From Escherichia phage EJP2, in sequence record OQ411014.1: 64,000 nt of DNA; one strand, given 5' to 3'. The translations under genes and the position numbers were made by a program. Positions 28,531-38,733 of this stretch are shown here, one piece after another. How positions within the stretch are numbered: the stretch's first letter is position 1; each line of letters starts with the position of its first letter. The notes below the pieces were generated by a model. That model searched no databases. It saw only the letters and a list, made by a program, of their open reading frames with translations, and was not told where the DNA came from.

Positions 28531-29107
28531 GTTACAACTTGCTCTTAGTGATCTAGATAATGTATGTTATAGTGGCGGTGCTAAAGGGGCAGACCGCCTC
28601 TTTGGTATCTGGGCTACTGAAAATGGTTTTCAAGAAGTACATTTCTCTTTCAAGAAACATAATTATGTTGTAGATGAAAGTACTATCATTGAAATTCCAG
28701 ATTCGATTCTACAGGATAGTACTGTAATCGATAAACTCAAGAAAGCGAACTACTCTTTAGGAAGAAGTATTCCAAAGAAAGGTTCTTATGTTTATAATCT
28801 ACTTGCACGTAATACGTTTCAAGTTCTTCTTACTGAACGTGTGTATTGCATCAGTCCTTTAGCATCACCAACAACCGTTTCAGGTGGTACAGCATGGGCT
28901 GTTCAAATGTACATTGACCAGTACGAGAATCCTGTAATTTACGGTTATGACCCACTTCGGAAAGAAGCATATCAGTACTGTAATACTAAGAAAGAATTCA
29001 TTACAGTTGATTCTGTTCCAGCACCTACTGGTAAATGGACAGGTATTGGTTCACGTGAAACTACAGAGAATCACATGCAAGCATTCGTTAGTTACTTCAG
29101 GAGTTGA
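28517..29107 (+). CDS. hypothetical protein with SLOG/DprA-like Rossmann motif
   Basis: YSGGAKGADRLFG resembles the GxARGID-type signature of Smf/DprA-LOG superfamily enzymes. Weak assignment. Confidence 0.4.
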   Translation: MTSNELQLALSDLDNVCYSGGAKGADRLFGIWATENGFQEVHFSFKKHNYVVDESTIIEIPDSILQDSTVIDKLKKANYSLGRSIPKKGSYVYNLLARNTFQVLLTERVYCISPLASPTTVSGGTAWAVQMYIDQYENPVIYGYDPLRKEAYQYCNTKKEFITVDSVPAPTGKWTGIGSRETTENHMQAFVSYFRS

Positions 29108-29373
29108 TGATGAGTGATGAGTGTGATAATTGCGATTACCGTTATGAATCAGGCCACAGAGACGGATATGAGCAAGGTTGTAAAGACTCCAGTTCGGAAA
29201 ATTACGAACAAGGTTATAAAGATGCAAAAGACGAAGGTGCTAGAGAATTAGATGATCAATTAGCGAACATGAGTTCGAACTTCTCTAGTGTAATACGAGA
29301 TTTAGTTGCAAGGAATAAGCAACTACAGCAAGAAATTTATGAGATAAGGAAATCCAATGCAACAGCTTCATGA
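29104..29373 (+). CDS. hypothetical protein
   Basis: ATGA overlap with the upstream gene. Internal YEQGxKD repeats. Confidence 0.45.
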   Translation: MMMSDECDNCDYRYESGHRDGYEQGCKDSSSENYEQGYKDAKDEGARELDDQLANMSSNFSSVIRDLVARNKQLQQEIYEIRKSNATAS

Positions 29374-30289
29374 TTTATATTCAAAAGTACTAAACGAAGG
29401 TGTCACATCAGAAGACCGTACTGGTACTGGTACTATCAAACTGATTGGTCAACAAATGCGTTTCGATTTGAAAGAAGGCTTCCCAGCGACAACAACGAAA
29501 CGTCTAGCATGGAAAGCAATGACTTCTGAACTGTTGTGGTTCCTCGAAGGTTCACAAAACGAACGTCGTTTATGTGAAATTCTACATGGTACTACTGACC
29601 CAGAGAAACGTACAATCTGGACTGGTAACTATGAGAATCAAGGACAGAAACTTGGATACGTCAATGGCAATCTCGGCCCTGTTTATGGTAAACAATGGCG
29701 TGAGTGGGAAGATGTAGTTATCCTTCCTGGTGTGTACACTGAAGTAGTAAAACATACTGAAATGGGTTACAATCTAGTTGAACGTACTACTAGTGGTATG
29801 TATGTAATGCAACGTACTATTGACCAGATTGCAGTACTGGTTGATGGTTTGAAGAATGATCCAAACGGTCGCCGCCACATCCTATCTGCATGGAACGTTG
29901 GTGATTTAGATAAGATGGCACTACCACCTTGTCATAGTTTTGTTCAGTTCTTTGTGGTTGATGGTAAGCTAAGTTGCTCACTATATCAACGCAGTGCAGA
30001 TCTCTTTTTAGGTGTACCATTCAATATTTCAAGTTATTCTCTACTAACTCATATGCTTGCACAAGTGTGTGGTTTGGATGTTGGTGAGTTCATTTGGAAT
30101 GGTGGTGACTGTCACATTTATCTAAACCACATCGACCAAGTTCGTGAACAATTGTCACGTGAACCAAAAGAATTACCACAATTGTGGTTGGATGAAAATA
30201 TTACTGATATTGATACATTTACAATGGATTCGTTCAAACTTCTGAACTACAATCCTGATTCAGTAATCAAAGCACCAATGGCAGTTTAA
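29357..30289 (+). CDS. thyA: thymidylate synthase
   Basis: RTGTGT...QMRFDL, ELLWFL and active-site PPCHSF ... LGVPFNISSYSLLTHM motifs. Confidence 0.9.
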   Translation: MQQLHDLYSKVLNEGVTSEDRTGTGTIKLIGQQMRFDLKEGFPATTTKRLAWKAMTSELLWFLEGSQNERRLCEILHGTTDPEKRTIWTGNYENQGQKLGYVNGNLGPVYGKQWREWEDVVILPGVYTEVVKHTEMGYNLVERTTSGMYVMQRTIDQIAVLVDGLKNDPNGRRHILSAWNVGDLDKMALPPCHSFVQFFVVDGKLSCSLYQRSADLFLGVPFNISSYSLLTHMLAQVCGLDVGEFIWNGGDCHIYLNHIDQVREQLSREPKELPQLWLDENITDIDTFTMDSFKLLNYNPDSVIKAPMAV

Positions 30290-30294
30290 TGCCA

Positions 30295-30326
30295 AAATAA
30301 AAGGAGCCTAATGGCTCCTTTTTTAT
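30295..30326. terminator. bidirectional terminator between convergent thyA and fiber operon
   Basis: A-run, GGAGCC-TAAT-GGCTCC, T-run. Confidence 0.6.
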
Positions 30327-32245
30327 TATCTGTATGTTATGATGACACGACCATTAAAGCGAACATCTGGTGTTGCCGGAATGGACAGTACTGCATTAGT
30401 AGGGGAGATAGATACACTATCAACTTCTACTAGGTTGTAATTAGAACCAACTAGTTCTTGAACTACGATTGACTGAATGTTAGTACCTGTGATAGTATAA
30501 GTGTAATATGAACCACTTAATACCCAAGAACTTGTAGTAAATGATTGTTCAACACCACCACCACTTACAGTAGTCCATTGACCATTTGACTTCTGCATTA
30601 CAGTGTTACGTTGAGTACTGTAAGCAATCATACCATCTTCACCCACAGCGTTGTCTATTGGATTAAGTTTAGGAAGACCAATACCATAACGGTTGAACTT
30701 AGTTCTTACTGCTGCTCCATCATTAATTGTCATATCACCAAAAGCTGTCATGTCTAATTTTAGATTACCAGTAATTTGTGATATTGCTGTTGCAGTTGTT
30801 GCATGTTCAAATGTCAAAATTCCTGCTGGCATCATGTTAAGATTTTTGAATCTATTACTTGAACCATTGAAAGTTGTAGTTGTTTGAAAAGCACTATTCG
30901 CATTAACAACGAGAGTATCAGTATTTGTGTCACCGAGAATTGTATTCCCCTTAACTGTCATATTAGCATCAGTAATAACTGCTCCGTGGAATTCAGTACT
31001 GGCATCTTTGAACTCAACTTGGTTCTTATTTGCAATACTAACGGTCATGATATTATTGATTGCACTTAGACCAACGTTCGCTGTATTACCAGTACCTTGG
31101 AATTGTAATGCAGGAGCAGTTGTTGGGTTAACGTTAGCTGCTTGAATTACAATAATACCAGTTGGGTTGATTCTAAATTTCTCAACTCCTGAAGTACTGA
31201 AACCCATTGTTCCGGTTGCTTGGTGGAATATACCAGTTTTAGTATCAGTCCATTGTGTTGGGTCAATACCAGTATTAGTTACTGGGTCATATAATGCATC
31301 GTTAAATGCAATTGCTGGTTCAGTAGCAGAGCCATATACAACACCTAAACGTCCTTTACCTGCACCACCCTTGTTCATAGAGTCACCTGTGCGACGTAGA
31401 GCACCTAGAGCGGACGCATCGATAATAGACTGTACGGTACTATCATCACCTTCAAAACCGCGTCCTGAGCTATCTAGGAGCGTACTATCATACATTACAG
31501 TACTTGCAAGAATACTTACACGGCTGTTACGTAGGCGTTGTGCACGAGTACCGTTAAGGATTACCCAGTCACCATCGGTTAATGCTCTTTCTGTTGCTGG
31601 AGTTGCAGTGCTGACAAATGCATCAGTTAATTCGGTATCTTCAGCAAGGGAAGTTAAACCACCATGACCTGCTGGAACTGGAGTGATAATACGTCCGAAT
31701 GCGGATGTTACTTGACGAGAACCAGGAACGGTTGGGTTCGAATCTAGGTAGTACTTTATTTGTAACCAGTTACCTTGTCCACTAGGGTTTGTTGGTGTGA
31801 AAATAACCGAAGCTGCTGCTGTTGGGTTTGCATTGAAGTGAGTTTGTGCAGCATTCATAATACCACGAACGATATAGTACTCACCTGAGTTTGCCGTTGT
31901 TGGTGTGGGGAGTGGGGTATACACACCTGGGGTTAATGGTGGATCAATATCATCAGATAATGGGGAATATGTACCCACATAATGTAGCCCTGCTAATATC
32001 GAGTCCGGTAGTTGTGAAGTAAGTAAACGTCCATTATCGTCGAGCATTGCAAAACGGCGATACGCTACAGAACCGTCATCAAAAGTAATTGCCCCTTCAA
32101 ATGCTTCCCATCCTTTGTTATATCTAAACATACCAGCACGTTGAGTGTCATTAGTAGCTTTGCTTGGTGCTTTAGGCACTTCAAGGAATGTAGCACTATC
32201 AATGACTACACCACCTTCACCTTTAATTCTATATACACTAGCCAT
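30326..32245 (-). CDS. tail fiber / receptor-binding-like structural protein
   Basis: 639 aa, Thr/Ser/Gly/Asn-rich beta-type sequence. AAGGA RBS. Sits in the fiber module. Confidence 0.55.
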   Translation of the reverse strand: MASVYRIKGEGGVVIDSATFLEVPKAPSKATNDTQRAGMFRYNKGWEAFEGAITFDDGSVAYRRFAMLDDNGRLLTSQLPDSILAGLHYVGTYSPLSDDIDPPLTPGVYTPLPTPTTANSGEYYIVRGIMNAAQTHFNANPTAAASVIFTPTNPSGQGNWLQIKYYLDSNPTVPGSRQVTSAFGRIITPVPAGHGGLTSLAEDTELTDAFVSTATPATERALTDGDWVILNGTRAQRLRNSRVSILASTVMYDSTLLDSSGRGFEGDDSTVQSIIDASALGALRRTGDSMNKGGAGKGRLGVVYGSATEPAIAFNDALYDPVTNTGIDPTQWTDTKTGIFHQATGTMGFSTSGVEKFRINPTGIIVIQAANVNPTTAPALQFQGTGNTANVGLSAINNIMTVSIANKNQVEFKDASTEFHGAVITDANMTVKGNTILGDTNTDTLVVNANSAFQTTTTFNGSSNRFKNLNMMPAGILTFEHATTATAISQITGNLKLDMTAFGDMTINDGAAVRTKFNRYGIGLPKLNPIDNAVGEDGMIAYSTQRNTVMQKSNGQWTTVSGGGVEQSFTTSSWVLSGSYYTYTITGTNIQSIVVQELVGSNYNLVEVDSVSISPTNAVLSIPATPDVRFNGRVIITYR

Positions 32246-32295
32246 TTAATTGTCCTTAGAATAGATTTATATTAAGTATTTATTTGATGACCCCA

Positions 32296-32327
32296 AAAGA
32301 AAAGGCCAACCGAAGTTGACCTTTTTT
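32296..32327 (-). terminator. terminator hairpin with UUCG loop
   Basis: Minus-strand reading GGTCAAC-TTCG-GTTGGCC followed by a T-rich run. Confidence 0.45.
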
Positions 32328-32338
32328 CTAATTTCAAA

Positions 32339-32971
32339 TTATAGGATTACATCTCCCCATTTAGCTGCTAGACGAACTGCTTCATAATCTTGTGCTGCAT
32401 CAATTGCAGAACAGATTTCTTGTTCAGTGTCAAACAAGCCGTCACGATACAAGGAAATTTCCAAGTATAGTGCTTTGATTTCAGCAGCAGACATTACTAC
32501 ATCATTTCCTGATTTATCACGAATAGAAAGACTTTCAATGCTTGGGTCTACTAGTAATTCAATTAGCAAACCTTGAAGTTCAAGTCTACCTTCACTAGAT
32601 AGGTCAAATACATTCAAATCTTTTTCGTATTCAGATGTTGCGAGATAAGAACGATGTGCTTCAACACGTTGTTTCATCTCTGCACGAACGATTGCCAAAT
32701 CCATTGGCTTGTAGGTATAGGTATTAATGATTTTACCTTCTACATCATCCATCACAACTTCTTTTTTCTCAAATTCGCAGAACTCACCAGTACCGACATA
32801 ATTATCTTCTTGAATCCAAAAACCGTGAGTTAGACGCCCTTCGGCGTCTAACTTGGTAATGTCTCCAATAGTATAACCAGATACTAATGAACGTTGTCCT
32901 ACGGTGGAACTTGTATATTTCACGAATTCCCATTGGTCGAGTTCGTTCTTGTTAACTACTACATAAACCAT
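32339..32971 (-). CDS. hypothetical protein (possible fiber assembly factor)
   Basis: AAAGGAGA RBS. Immediately downstream of the giant fiber gene. Function inferred from position only. Confidence 0.5.
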   Translation of the reverse strand: MVYVVVNKNELDQWEFVKYTSSTVGQRSLVSGYTIGDITKLDAEGRLTHGFWIQEDNYVGTGEFCEFEKKEVVMDDVEGKIINTYTYKPMDLAIVRAEMKQRVEAHRSYLATSEYEKDLNVFDLSSEGRLELQGLLIELLVDPSIESLSIRDKSGNDVVMSAAEIKALYLEISLYRDGLFDTEQEICSAIDAAQDYEAVRLAAKWGDVIL

Positions 32972-32995
32972 TTGATTTATCTCCTTTAATTGATA

Positions 32996-35900
32996 TTATA
33001 CGTTACGTTGTGCAATAAACACGTCAATGGTAGAACCTACACCGCTGTATACTAACTGACAGATAGATACAGAGTTTGGAGTGGTGTTAATCGCAGTATC
33101 AGCACCAATCACACTATATGGAGGTGGTAGAGTTAGCGAGTGGTTACCAGTTGCGTCTTGTGTTACATATACGAACCAAGAACCTGCATATCCTGGGGTG
33201 ATTGGTAGGTTACCAACGGTAGTATCACCTGTTAGGGTAATGTTATACACGTTAGAAGTACCATCAGGAGTCCAAGTACCAGTTGCAGAAGCAGCCGGAG
33301 CAGCTTTAACTAGGTATTTGCTAGTACTTACCGATTCAGTTACTAGGTCGCCGATATCAGCAGTTAGTGTACCAGTTACTGTTAGGTTGTTAGCATTAAT
33401 TGTACCAGTACTATCAATATCAACAGCAGTTACTTTACCAGTGAAATCGGAGGTTCCAGATACAGTAAGGCTTGTAGCAGTGATTGCACCTGTGGTTACA
33501 GCAGCTAAGGTAGAAGTACCAGTTACTGTTAGAGTATCAGTTTCTAGACCGCCAGTAATTGCAGCACCATCAGCACTAACAGTTAGTTTACCACCAGTAG
33601 TTAGTGTAGTACCTACGCTCGCCGCAGCAGAGAAAGTAGCAGTACCAGTGCTGGATAGAGTACCAGTTACTGTGGTTGCACCAGTAATTGCAGCACCATC
33701 AGCACTAACAGTTAGTTTACCACCAGTAGTTAGTGTAGTACCAACTGTTGCAGCACCAGTAACTTCAAGAGTTACACCTTTCAAGAAGGAAGTGGAAGTA
33801 ACAGATTGTGCAACTAGATCAGAAGTACTTTGGTCTAGTGTACCAATGATACGACCATTAACAGTAAAGTCACCAGTACAAACTGCGTTACCGTTAAGCT
33901 GTAGGTTGTTGTTTACAGAACCACTTGCACCGATAACAGCAGAGTCAATTGTTGCTTGACCTTTAACTTCGAGTGTAGTACCAACAGATACCGCTTGGGA
34001 AGTTGTTACAGACCGTGGAGAAATATCACGACCAGTTAAGTCGATTTGAGCAGTGATAGTACCATCAACATCCAAGTTACCTGTGATGTGGGTGTTACCA
34101 GAAATCTCAGCAATATATTCTTCTTCGTCCCATACTAGAGTACCTACGTGTAGGTTTGTGGTAGAGGTCTTCTTGAAAGAAGCGGTTGCAGTTGCAGCAC
34201 CGTTCTGTGCGATATTACCAGCAGTTACTGTTAGGTCACCAGTAGTAATTGTTGCACCGTTATCAGAAGTTACAGAACCAAATTTACCTGCACCTGAAGC
34301 AGTGATTGCACCACCTAGGGTTGTTGCACCAGTAGTTACGGTTAGACCGTTATCAGAGGTTACAGAACCAAATTTACCTGCACCAGTACTGGTTAGAGTA
34401 CCACCAACAGTTGTGTTGCCAGTTACACCTAGTGTAGTACCAACAGTTGCACCAGCAGCAGTAGAAACACTATTAACAGATAGGTCAGCACCCGCGAGGT
34501 TTAGACCACCAGCAGGAGTGAATGTACCATTAACGGTCATGTCACCAGTTGCTACCGTGTTACCTGTGATATCTAGTGATGCTAGAGTTGCTTTACCTGA
34601 AGTACTTAGAGTACTAACAGATGTTGCATCAGCAGTTACATCAGCTAGGGTAGATGCACCAGTTACATTTAGTGTAGTACCGATATTTGCACTGTTTAGA
34701 GTTGCTAGACCAGAAGTACTTACAGTACTTAGGGAAGTATTACCAGATACACCTAGGGTTGTAGTAACGCTTGCAGCGTTCGCATTGACAGTTCCTAGAG
34801 TAGATACGCCAGTTACTTCTAGAGTAGTGTTAACTTTAGCACCGTTTAGTGTTGCCAAACCAGTAGTCGTTAGTGCATCAGTAGTTACATCAGCTAGGGT
34901 AGATGCACCAGTTACATTTAGAGAACCACCAACAGTTGTGTCGTTAGTACTGGATAGTGTTAGTGCACTTAGGTTAGTTGCACTTAGGTCGAATTGACCA
35001 TCAACAGTCAAATCACCAGTTACATGAGCGTTACCGAGAGAGTTAAGAGACTTAACAGTTACATCAGTTGTGCTTAGGTCGATTGCTCCAGCAGTTAGTG
35101 TACCAGTTGCATGGAAATCACCAGTTACGTTGGTAGATTTAGCAAGTTGTACAGTAGTTCCAGCAGTTGTAAAGGAAGCAGCAGATACAGCACCAGTTGC
35201 GGATACAGATGAAGCACCAATTGCACCAGCAGTTACACCAGCAAGAGTAGTTTCACCAGTTACTGCTAGAGTACCAGAAGCAGTTACATCAGCCAGGGTT
35301 GAAGCGGCAGATACAGTTACAGCACCTAGAGTTGCTTCGTCGCTTGCTAATTTAGGGAATGTATTTGTTTTAGCAGCATCAGTAGATACAAAACTTAAAG
35401 CAGTTACATCAGCACCAGATAAGTCAACAGTACCAGATACAGCTAGGTTGCCACCGATTGTTGCACCTTCAGTAGTCGTAATAGACTTGGAAGCAATATC
35501 AACAGAAGATAGGTCAAAACCACCAACTGGGGTAAATGTCCCATTAACTGTTAGGTTTTTATCAGCAACAACATCACTTGCTAGAGTTACTGTGCCAGCA
35601 CCAAGTGGAGCAGCTTGAACAGTTGCGGATTCTACCGAAGCACCTTTAACAATACCAGTTGCAGTAATGTTTGTTGCAGAGATATCACCAATGGATTCAA
35701 TACCGCCATTAGGCTTGAAAGAACCAGTTACAGTTAAGTCTTTTGCAGCGACTGCATTACTTGCCAATGTTACTGTACCAGCACCAGCAGCAGCACCTTG
35801 AATAGATGGAACAGTTGCAGTTGCAGCACTTACATCACCAGTTGCAGCGAAAGATACAGCACTGATATCACCAGTTGCATCAATATCACCAGCATTTACA

Positions 35901-38605
35901 GTACCAGCAGTGATGGTAGTACTAGATAGAGTTGGGATGGTGCTTTGTGCAACAGTTGCAGTAATAGATTTAACATTAATATCCGCAGCACTTAGGTCGA
36001 ATGTACCGTCAACAACAAGGTTTCCACCAACGTTTACGTTACCTGTAGTGGTTACAGATGCAGCATCAACAGCAGTAGTACTTAGGTCAATTGAAGCTGG
36101 GGTTAGAACACCAGAAATAGTTACGTCATTTGCAAAAGTGGTATTACCAGTAATGCTTGGAACAACTAATGAATCAGCAGTTACTGAAGCTAATGTTGAA
36201 GCACCAGTTACGCTTAGAGATGCAGCAGATGCAGCACCGATTGCAGAAGCACCAGTTACATTTAGAGAACCACCATTAACTTCACCAGTTGCAGTGACAG
36301 AAGCAGCAGTTACAGCACCAGTTGCCGCGACAGATTCAGCAGAAACGCCAGCAGTTGCTACAACAGAGTTCGGTGCGATATCAAGACCGTCAACGTTTGC
36401 AGCAGCAGTTACACCAGTAGTAGTACCAGTTACAACTAGGTCTTTAACAGTTACAGTTTGACCATTAACAGTTACGTTACCACCAATTGTTGCACCAGCA
36501 GTTGCAGTGATTTCACCTGTTACGCCTAGAGTACCACCAACAGTTGCGTTGCCAGTTACAGCAGCGTTACCACCTACAGATAGATCAGTACCAACAGTAG
36601 TGGTGGTTACAGATTCTAGAGTATTACCATTAAGGGCAGCAGTTGCTACAACAGAGTTAGGTGTTAGGTCTTGACCACTAACATCAACAGTTAGACCAGT
36701 TACAACACCAGTAAATTCAACATCAGCAAGAATTGATTTACCATCAACTTTTAGTTGTGGTTGTGCAGTACCGATAGTACTGTTACCTTGGATGTGAACA
36801 TAATCCATAGTGGATTTGCCTAGTGCAGTTAGACCAGCAGTACCACCAACGTTACCAACAGATGCGTTCTGTAGTAGTGCTTTATCAGCTACAAGGTCAG
36901 AAGTTGCGATTTTGTATGGTTCGATGCTGGATTTGGTGTCGCTTGGGCGAGCCGGATCGTTATATGCAAATTGTAAAATACCGTGGTTACCAGATTCGCC
37001 ATCAATAACGTTTAGAGTACTAAAGTTAGCGATTGAAGTTCTTGCACCAGTTAAGTTACCAGATAGAGTTAGGTTTTGTAGAGTACTTGGACCAGAAACA
37101 TTTAGAGATGTTGCATTAATATCAGTAAATGAAAGACCAGATACTGCACCAGTAATAATCAAATCACCAACTGTGGTTTTTTGTAGTACTGTATCACCAG
37201 TTACTTCTAGTTTTGGTGTTGCTTCACCAATAGTACTGTTACCAGTAATGCTTAGGTAATCAATAGTTGCTTTACCTAGTGCTTTTAGACCAGCAGTACC
37301 TGCTACATCACCAACTTCAGCAGCTTTAAGAACAGCTTTGTCAGCTACTAGATCAGAAGTTGCCATTTTGTATGGTTCGATACTTGATTTTGTGTCATTT
37401 GGACGAAGTGTGTCATTATAAGCGAATTGTACAATGCCGTGGTTTCCAGCAGTACCGTCATCAACAGTAAAAGTACTGAAGCGTGCTACTGAAGAGTTAC
37501 CACCAGTTAGGTTGCCACTCATGTTAACGCCAGCTAGAGTTGATGCACCAGATACGTTTAGAGTTGCTACGTTTAGGTCAGTGAATGAAAGACCAGATAC
37601 TGCACCAGTAATTGTTAGGTTACGAACTGTAGTATCTTGTAGTACTGATTTACCAGTTACTTCTAGGAAGTTATCAGCAGTACCAATAGTACTGTTACCA
37701 GCAATTTTTAGGTAATCGATTTTTGCATTACCGAGAGCGTGTAGACCGTGGTCATCGCCACCACCAACAACACCAACGGTTGCTACGTCAGTTTGGATAT
37801 CGTTGGTATCAATTTCTTGAGTACTAACTTTGTACGGCTCAAGGCTAGTTTTGATATCAGAAGGACGTAGTGGGTCGTTATATGTGAACTGAACACTACC
37901 AGTTTGACCGGAAACACGATATTGGTTTACGGATACAGTACTGTTTGCACCAGTTACGTTACCTTGGATAGTAGTTGCACCTTTAATGTTTACGTTGTTA
38001 AGATCACTTAGTGTTTTAACTTCGATGTTATTGAAAGTACCAGCATCCATAGTGTAAGTGCCACTTAGAGTACCATTGATTTCCACATCACCTAGTGTTG
38101 TTTTGCCAGTTACGTCTAGAGTACTGTCAAGTACTGCTGCACCTTTAGCATGTAGGGCTTCAGTAGTTGTACTACCTAGAGCTACAGTACTAGTTGGTTC
38201 AGTAGAAAGATTGCCATTAACTTTTGCATTACCAGATACGGTTAGGCTATCAGCAGAAGTTTCTTTAAATGAAGCACTACCAGTAGTTTGAGTAATATTT
38301 GAATTAAAAGTTGCTTCGGCATCAACAGCCAAAGTACCTTTAACACTTACTGTATCAGTTAGAGCGTCACCAAGAACGGTATTACCAGATACGTTAAGAT
38401 TTCCGAGATTAGAAGTACCAGTACTTGTAATGTCAGCGAATTGAGCAGAACCCGTCACTGTGATAGCAGTGAATGTGGCATCTGCGAAAGAAACAGTGCC
38501 TTCTACAGAAAGATTTTGCTTGAATACAGCATTACCCTTCAATAGTAGGTCTTTGTCAATCGTTGCTCCACCGAGAACGCCTAGATCAGTTTTAATTGAA
38601 TACAT
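32996..38605 (-). CDS. giant repetitive tail fiber protein (1869 aa)
   Basis: GGAGGG RBS. Long runs of VTG/SGN/ATG beta-helix-like repeats and three ~150-aa tandem repeat units. Confidence 0.7.
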   Translation of the reverse strand: MYSIKTDLGVLGGATIDKDLLLKGNAVFKQNLSVEGTVSFADATFTAITVTGSAQFADITSTGTSNLGNLNVSGNTVLGDALTDTVSVKGTLAVDAEATFNSNITQTTGSASFKETSADSLTVSGNAKVNGNLSTEPTSTVALGSTTTEALHAKGAAVLDSTLDVTGKTTLGDVEINGTLSGTYTMDAGTFNNIEVKTLSDLNNVNIKGATTIQGNVTGANSTVSVNQYRVSGQTGSVQFTYNDPLRPSDIKTSLEPYKVSTQEIDTNDIQTDVATVGVVGGGDDHGLHALGNAKIDYLKIAGNSTIGTADNFLEVTGKSVLQDTTVRNLTITGAVSGLSFTDLNVATLNVSGASTLAGVNMSGNLTGGNSSVARFSTFTVDDGTAGNHGIVQFAYNDTLRPNDTKSSIEPYKMATSDLVADKAVLKAAEVGDVAGTAGLKALGKATIDYLSITGNSTIGEATPKLEVTGDTVLQKTTVGDLIITGAVSGLSFTDINATSLNVSGPSTLQNLTLSGNLTGARTSIANFSTLNVIDGESGNHGILQFAYNDPARPSDTKSSIEPYKIATSDLVADKALLQNASVGNVGGTAGLTALGKSTMDYVHIQGNSTIGTAQPQLKVDGKSILADVEFTGVVTGLTVDVSGQDLTPNSVVATAALNGNTLESVTTTTVGTDLSVGGNAAVTGNATVGGTLGVTGEITATAGATIGGNVTVNGQTVTVKDLVVTGTTTGVTAAANVDGLDIAPNSVVATAGVSAESVAATGAVTAASVTATGEVNGGSLNVTGASAIGAASAASLSVTGASTLASVTADSLVVPSITGNTTFANDVTISGVLTPASIDLSTTAVDAASVTTTGNVNVGGNLVVDGTFDLSAADINVKSITATVAQSTIPTLSSTTITAGTVNAGDIDATGDISAVSFAATGDVSAATATVPSIQGAAAGAGTVTLASNAVAAKDLTVTGSFKPNGGIESIGDISATNITATGIVKGASVESATVQAAPLGAGTVTLASDVVADKNLTVNGTFTPVGGFDLSSVDIASKSITTTEGATIGGNLAVSGTVDLSGADVTALSFVSTDAAKTNTFPKLASDEATLGAVTVSAASTLADVTASGTLAVTGETTLAGVTAGAIGASSVSATGAVSAASFTTAGTTVQLAKSTNVTGDFHATGTLTAGAIDLSTTDVTVKSLNSLGNAHVTGDLTVDGQFDLSATNLSALTLSSTNDTTVGGSLNVTGASTLADVTTDALTTTGLATLNGAKVNTTLEVTGVSTLGTVNANAASVTTTLGVSGNTSLSTVSTSGLATLNSANIGTTLNVTGASTLADVTADATSVSTLSTSGKATLASLDITGNTVATGDMTVNGTFTPAGGLNLAGADLSVNSVSTAAGATVGTTLGVTGNTTVGGTLTSTGAGKFGSVTSDNGLTVTTGATTLGGAITASGAGKFGSVTSDNGATITTGDLTVTAGNIAQNGAATATASFKKTSTTNLHVGTLVWDEEEYIAEISGNTHITGNLDVDGTITAQIDLTGRDISPRSVTTSQAVSVGTTLEVKGQATIDSAVIGASGSVNNNLQLNGNAVCTGDFTVNGRIIGTLDQSTSDLVAQSVTSTSFLKGVTLEVTGAATVGTTLTTGGKLTVSADGAAITGATTVTGTLSSTGTATFSAAASVGTTLTTGGKLTVSADGAAITGGLETDTLTVTGTSTLAAVTTGAITATSLTVSGTSDFTGKVTAVDIDSTGTINANNLTVTGTLTADIGDLVTESVSTSKYLVKAAPAASATGTWTPDGTSNVYNITLTGDTTVGNLPITPGYAGSWFVYVTQDATGNHSLTLPPPYSVIGADTAINTTPNSVSICQLVYSGVGSTIDVFIAQRNV
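33552..33742. repeat. 62-bp exact direct repeat pair within the fiber gene
   Basis: Identical 62-mers at 33552-33613 and 33681-33742, encoding duplicated SVGTTLTTGGKLTVSADGAAITG. Confidence 0.65.
34257..34383. repeat. near-exact direct repeat of about 37 bp within the fiber gene
   Basis: CGTTATCAGARGTTACAGAACCAAATTTACCTGCACC occurs at about 34257 and 34347, encoding GAGKFGSVTSDNG twice. Confidence 0.55.
36560..37950. repeat. three tandem ~450-bp repeat units inside the giant fiber gene
   Basis: Encoded segments (I/S)VQF(T/A)YND..RP(S/N)D.K(T/S)S(L/I)EPYK ... IDYL.I.GNSTIG recur three times. The nucleotide similarity is visible but diverged. Confidence 0.6.
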
Positions 38606-38664
38606 GTAATCCCTCCATTGGATTGTTAATAAGGAACACTTTTCCTGAGCTATGTTATTTCTTA

Positions 38665-38672
38665 TATTTATA
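38665..38672 (-). promoter_or_regulatory. T4-type late promoter box TATAAATA
   Basis: Exact TATAAATA on the minus strand upstream of the giant fiber gene start (38605). Confidence 0.4.
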
Positions 38673-38688
38673 CATCTTCATAATAATA

Positions 38689-38733
38689 AAACCGGATTAG
38701 GTCGATCCTTTCCGGTTTTATTTTTTATTTTTT
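38689..38733. terminator. terminator hairpin flanked by A-run and T-runs
   Basis: AACCGGA ... TCCGGTT followed by TTTTATTTTTTATTTTT. Confidence 0.45.

Noticed and set aside
30693-31667. Plus-strand ORFs inside the 30326-32245 fiber gene
   Set aside because: Antisense shadow ORFs within a well-supported minus-strand gene.
36560-37950. Repeat region considered as a CRISPR array
   Set aside because: Units are about 450 bp, coding and diverged, with no short regular repeat-spacer structure.
33081-38291. Plus-strand ORFs (33081-33959, 34053-34997, 35070-35618, 35910-36461, 36810-37259, 37434-37715, 38058-38291) opposite the giant fiber gene
   Set aside because: They are low-complexity Val/Pro/Thr/Ala-rich mirror frames of the repetitive minus-strand gene, with no RBS or independent signals. 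Treated as shadow ORFs.
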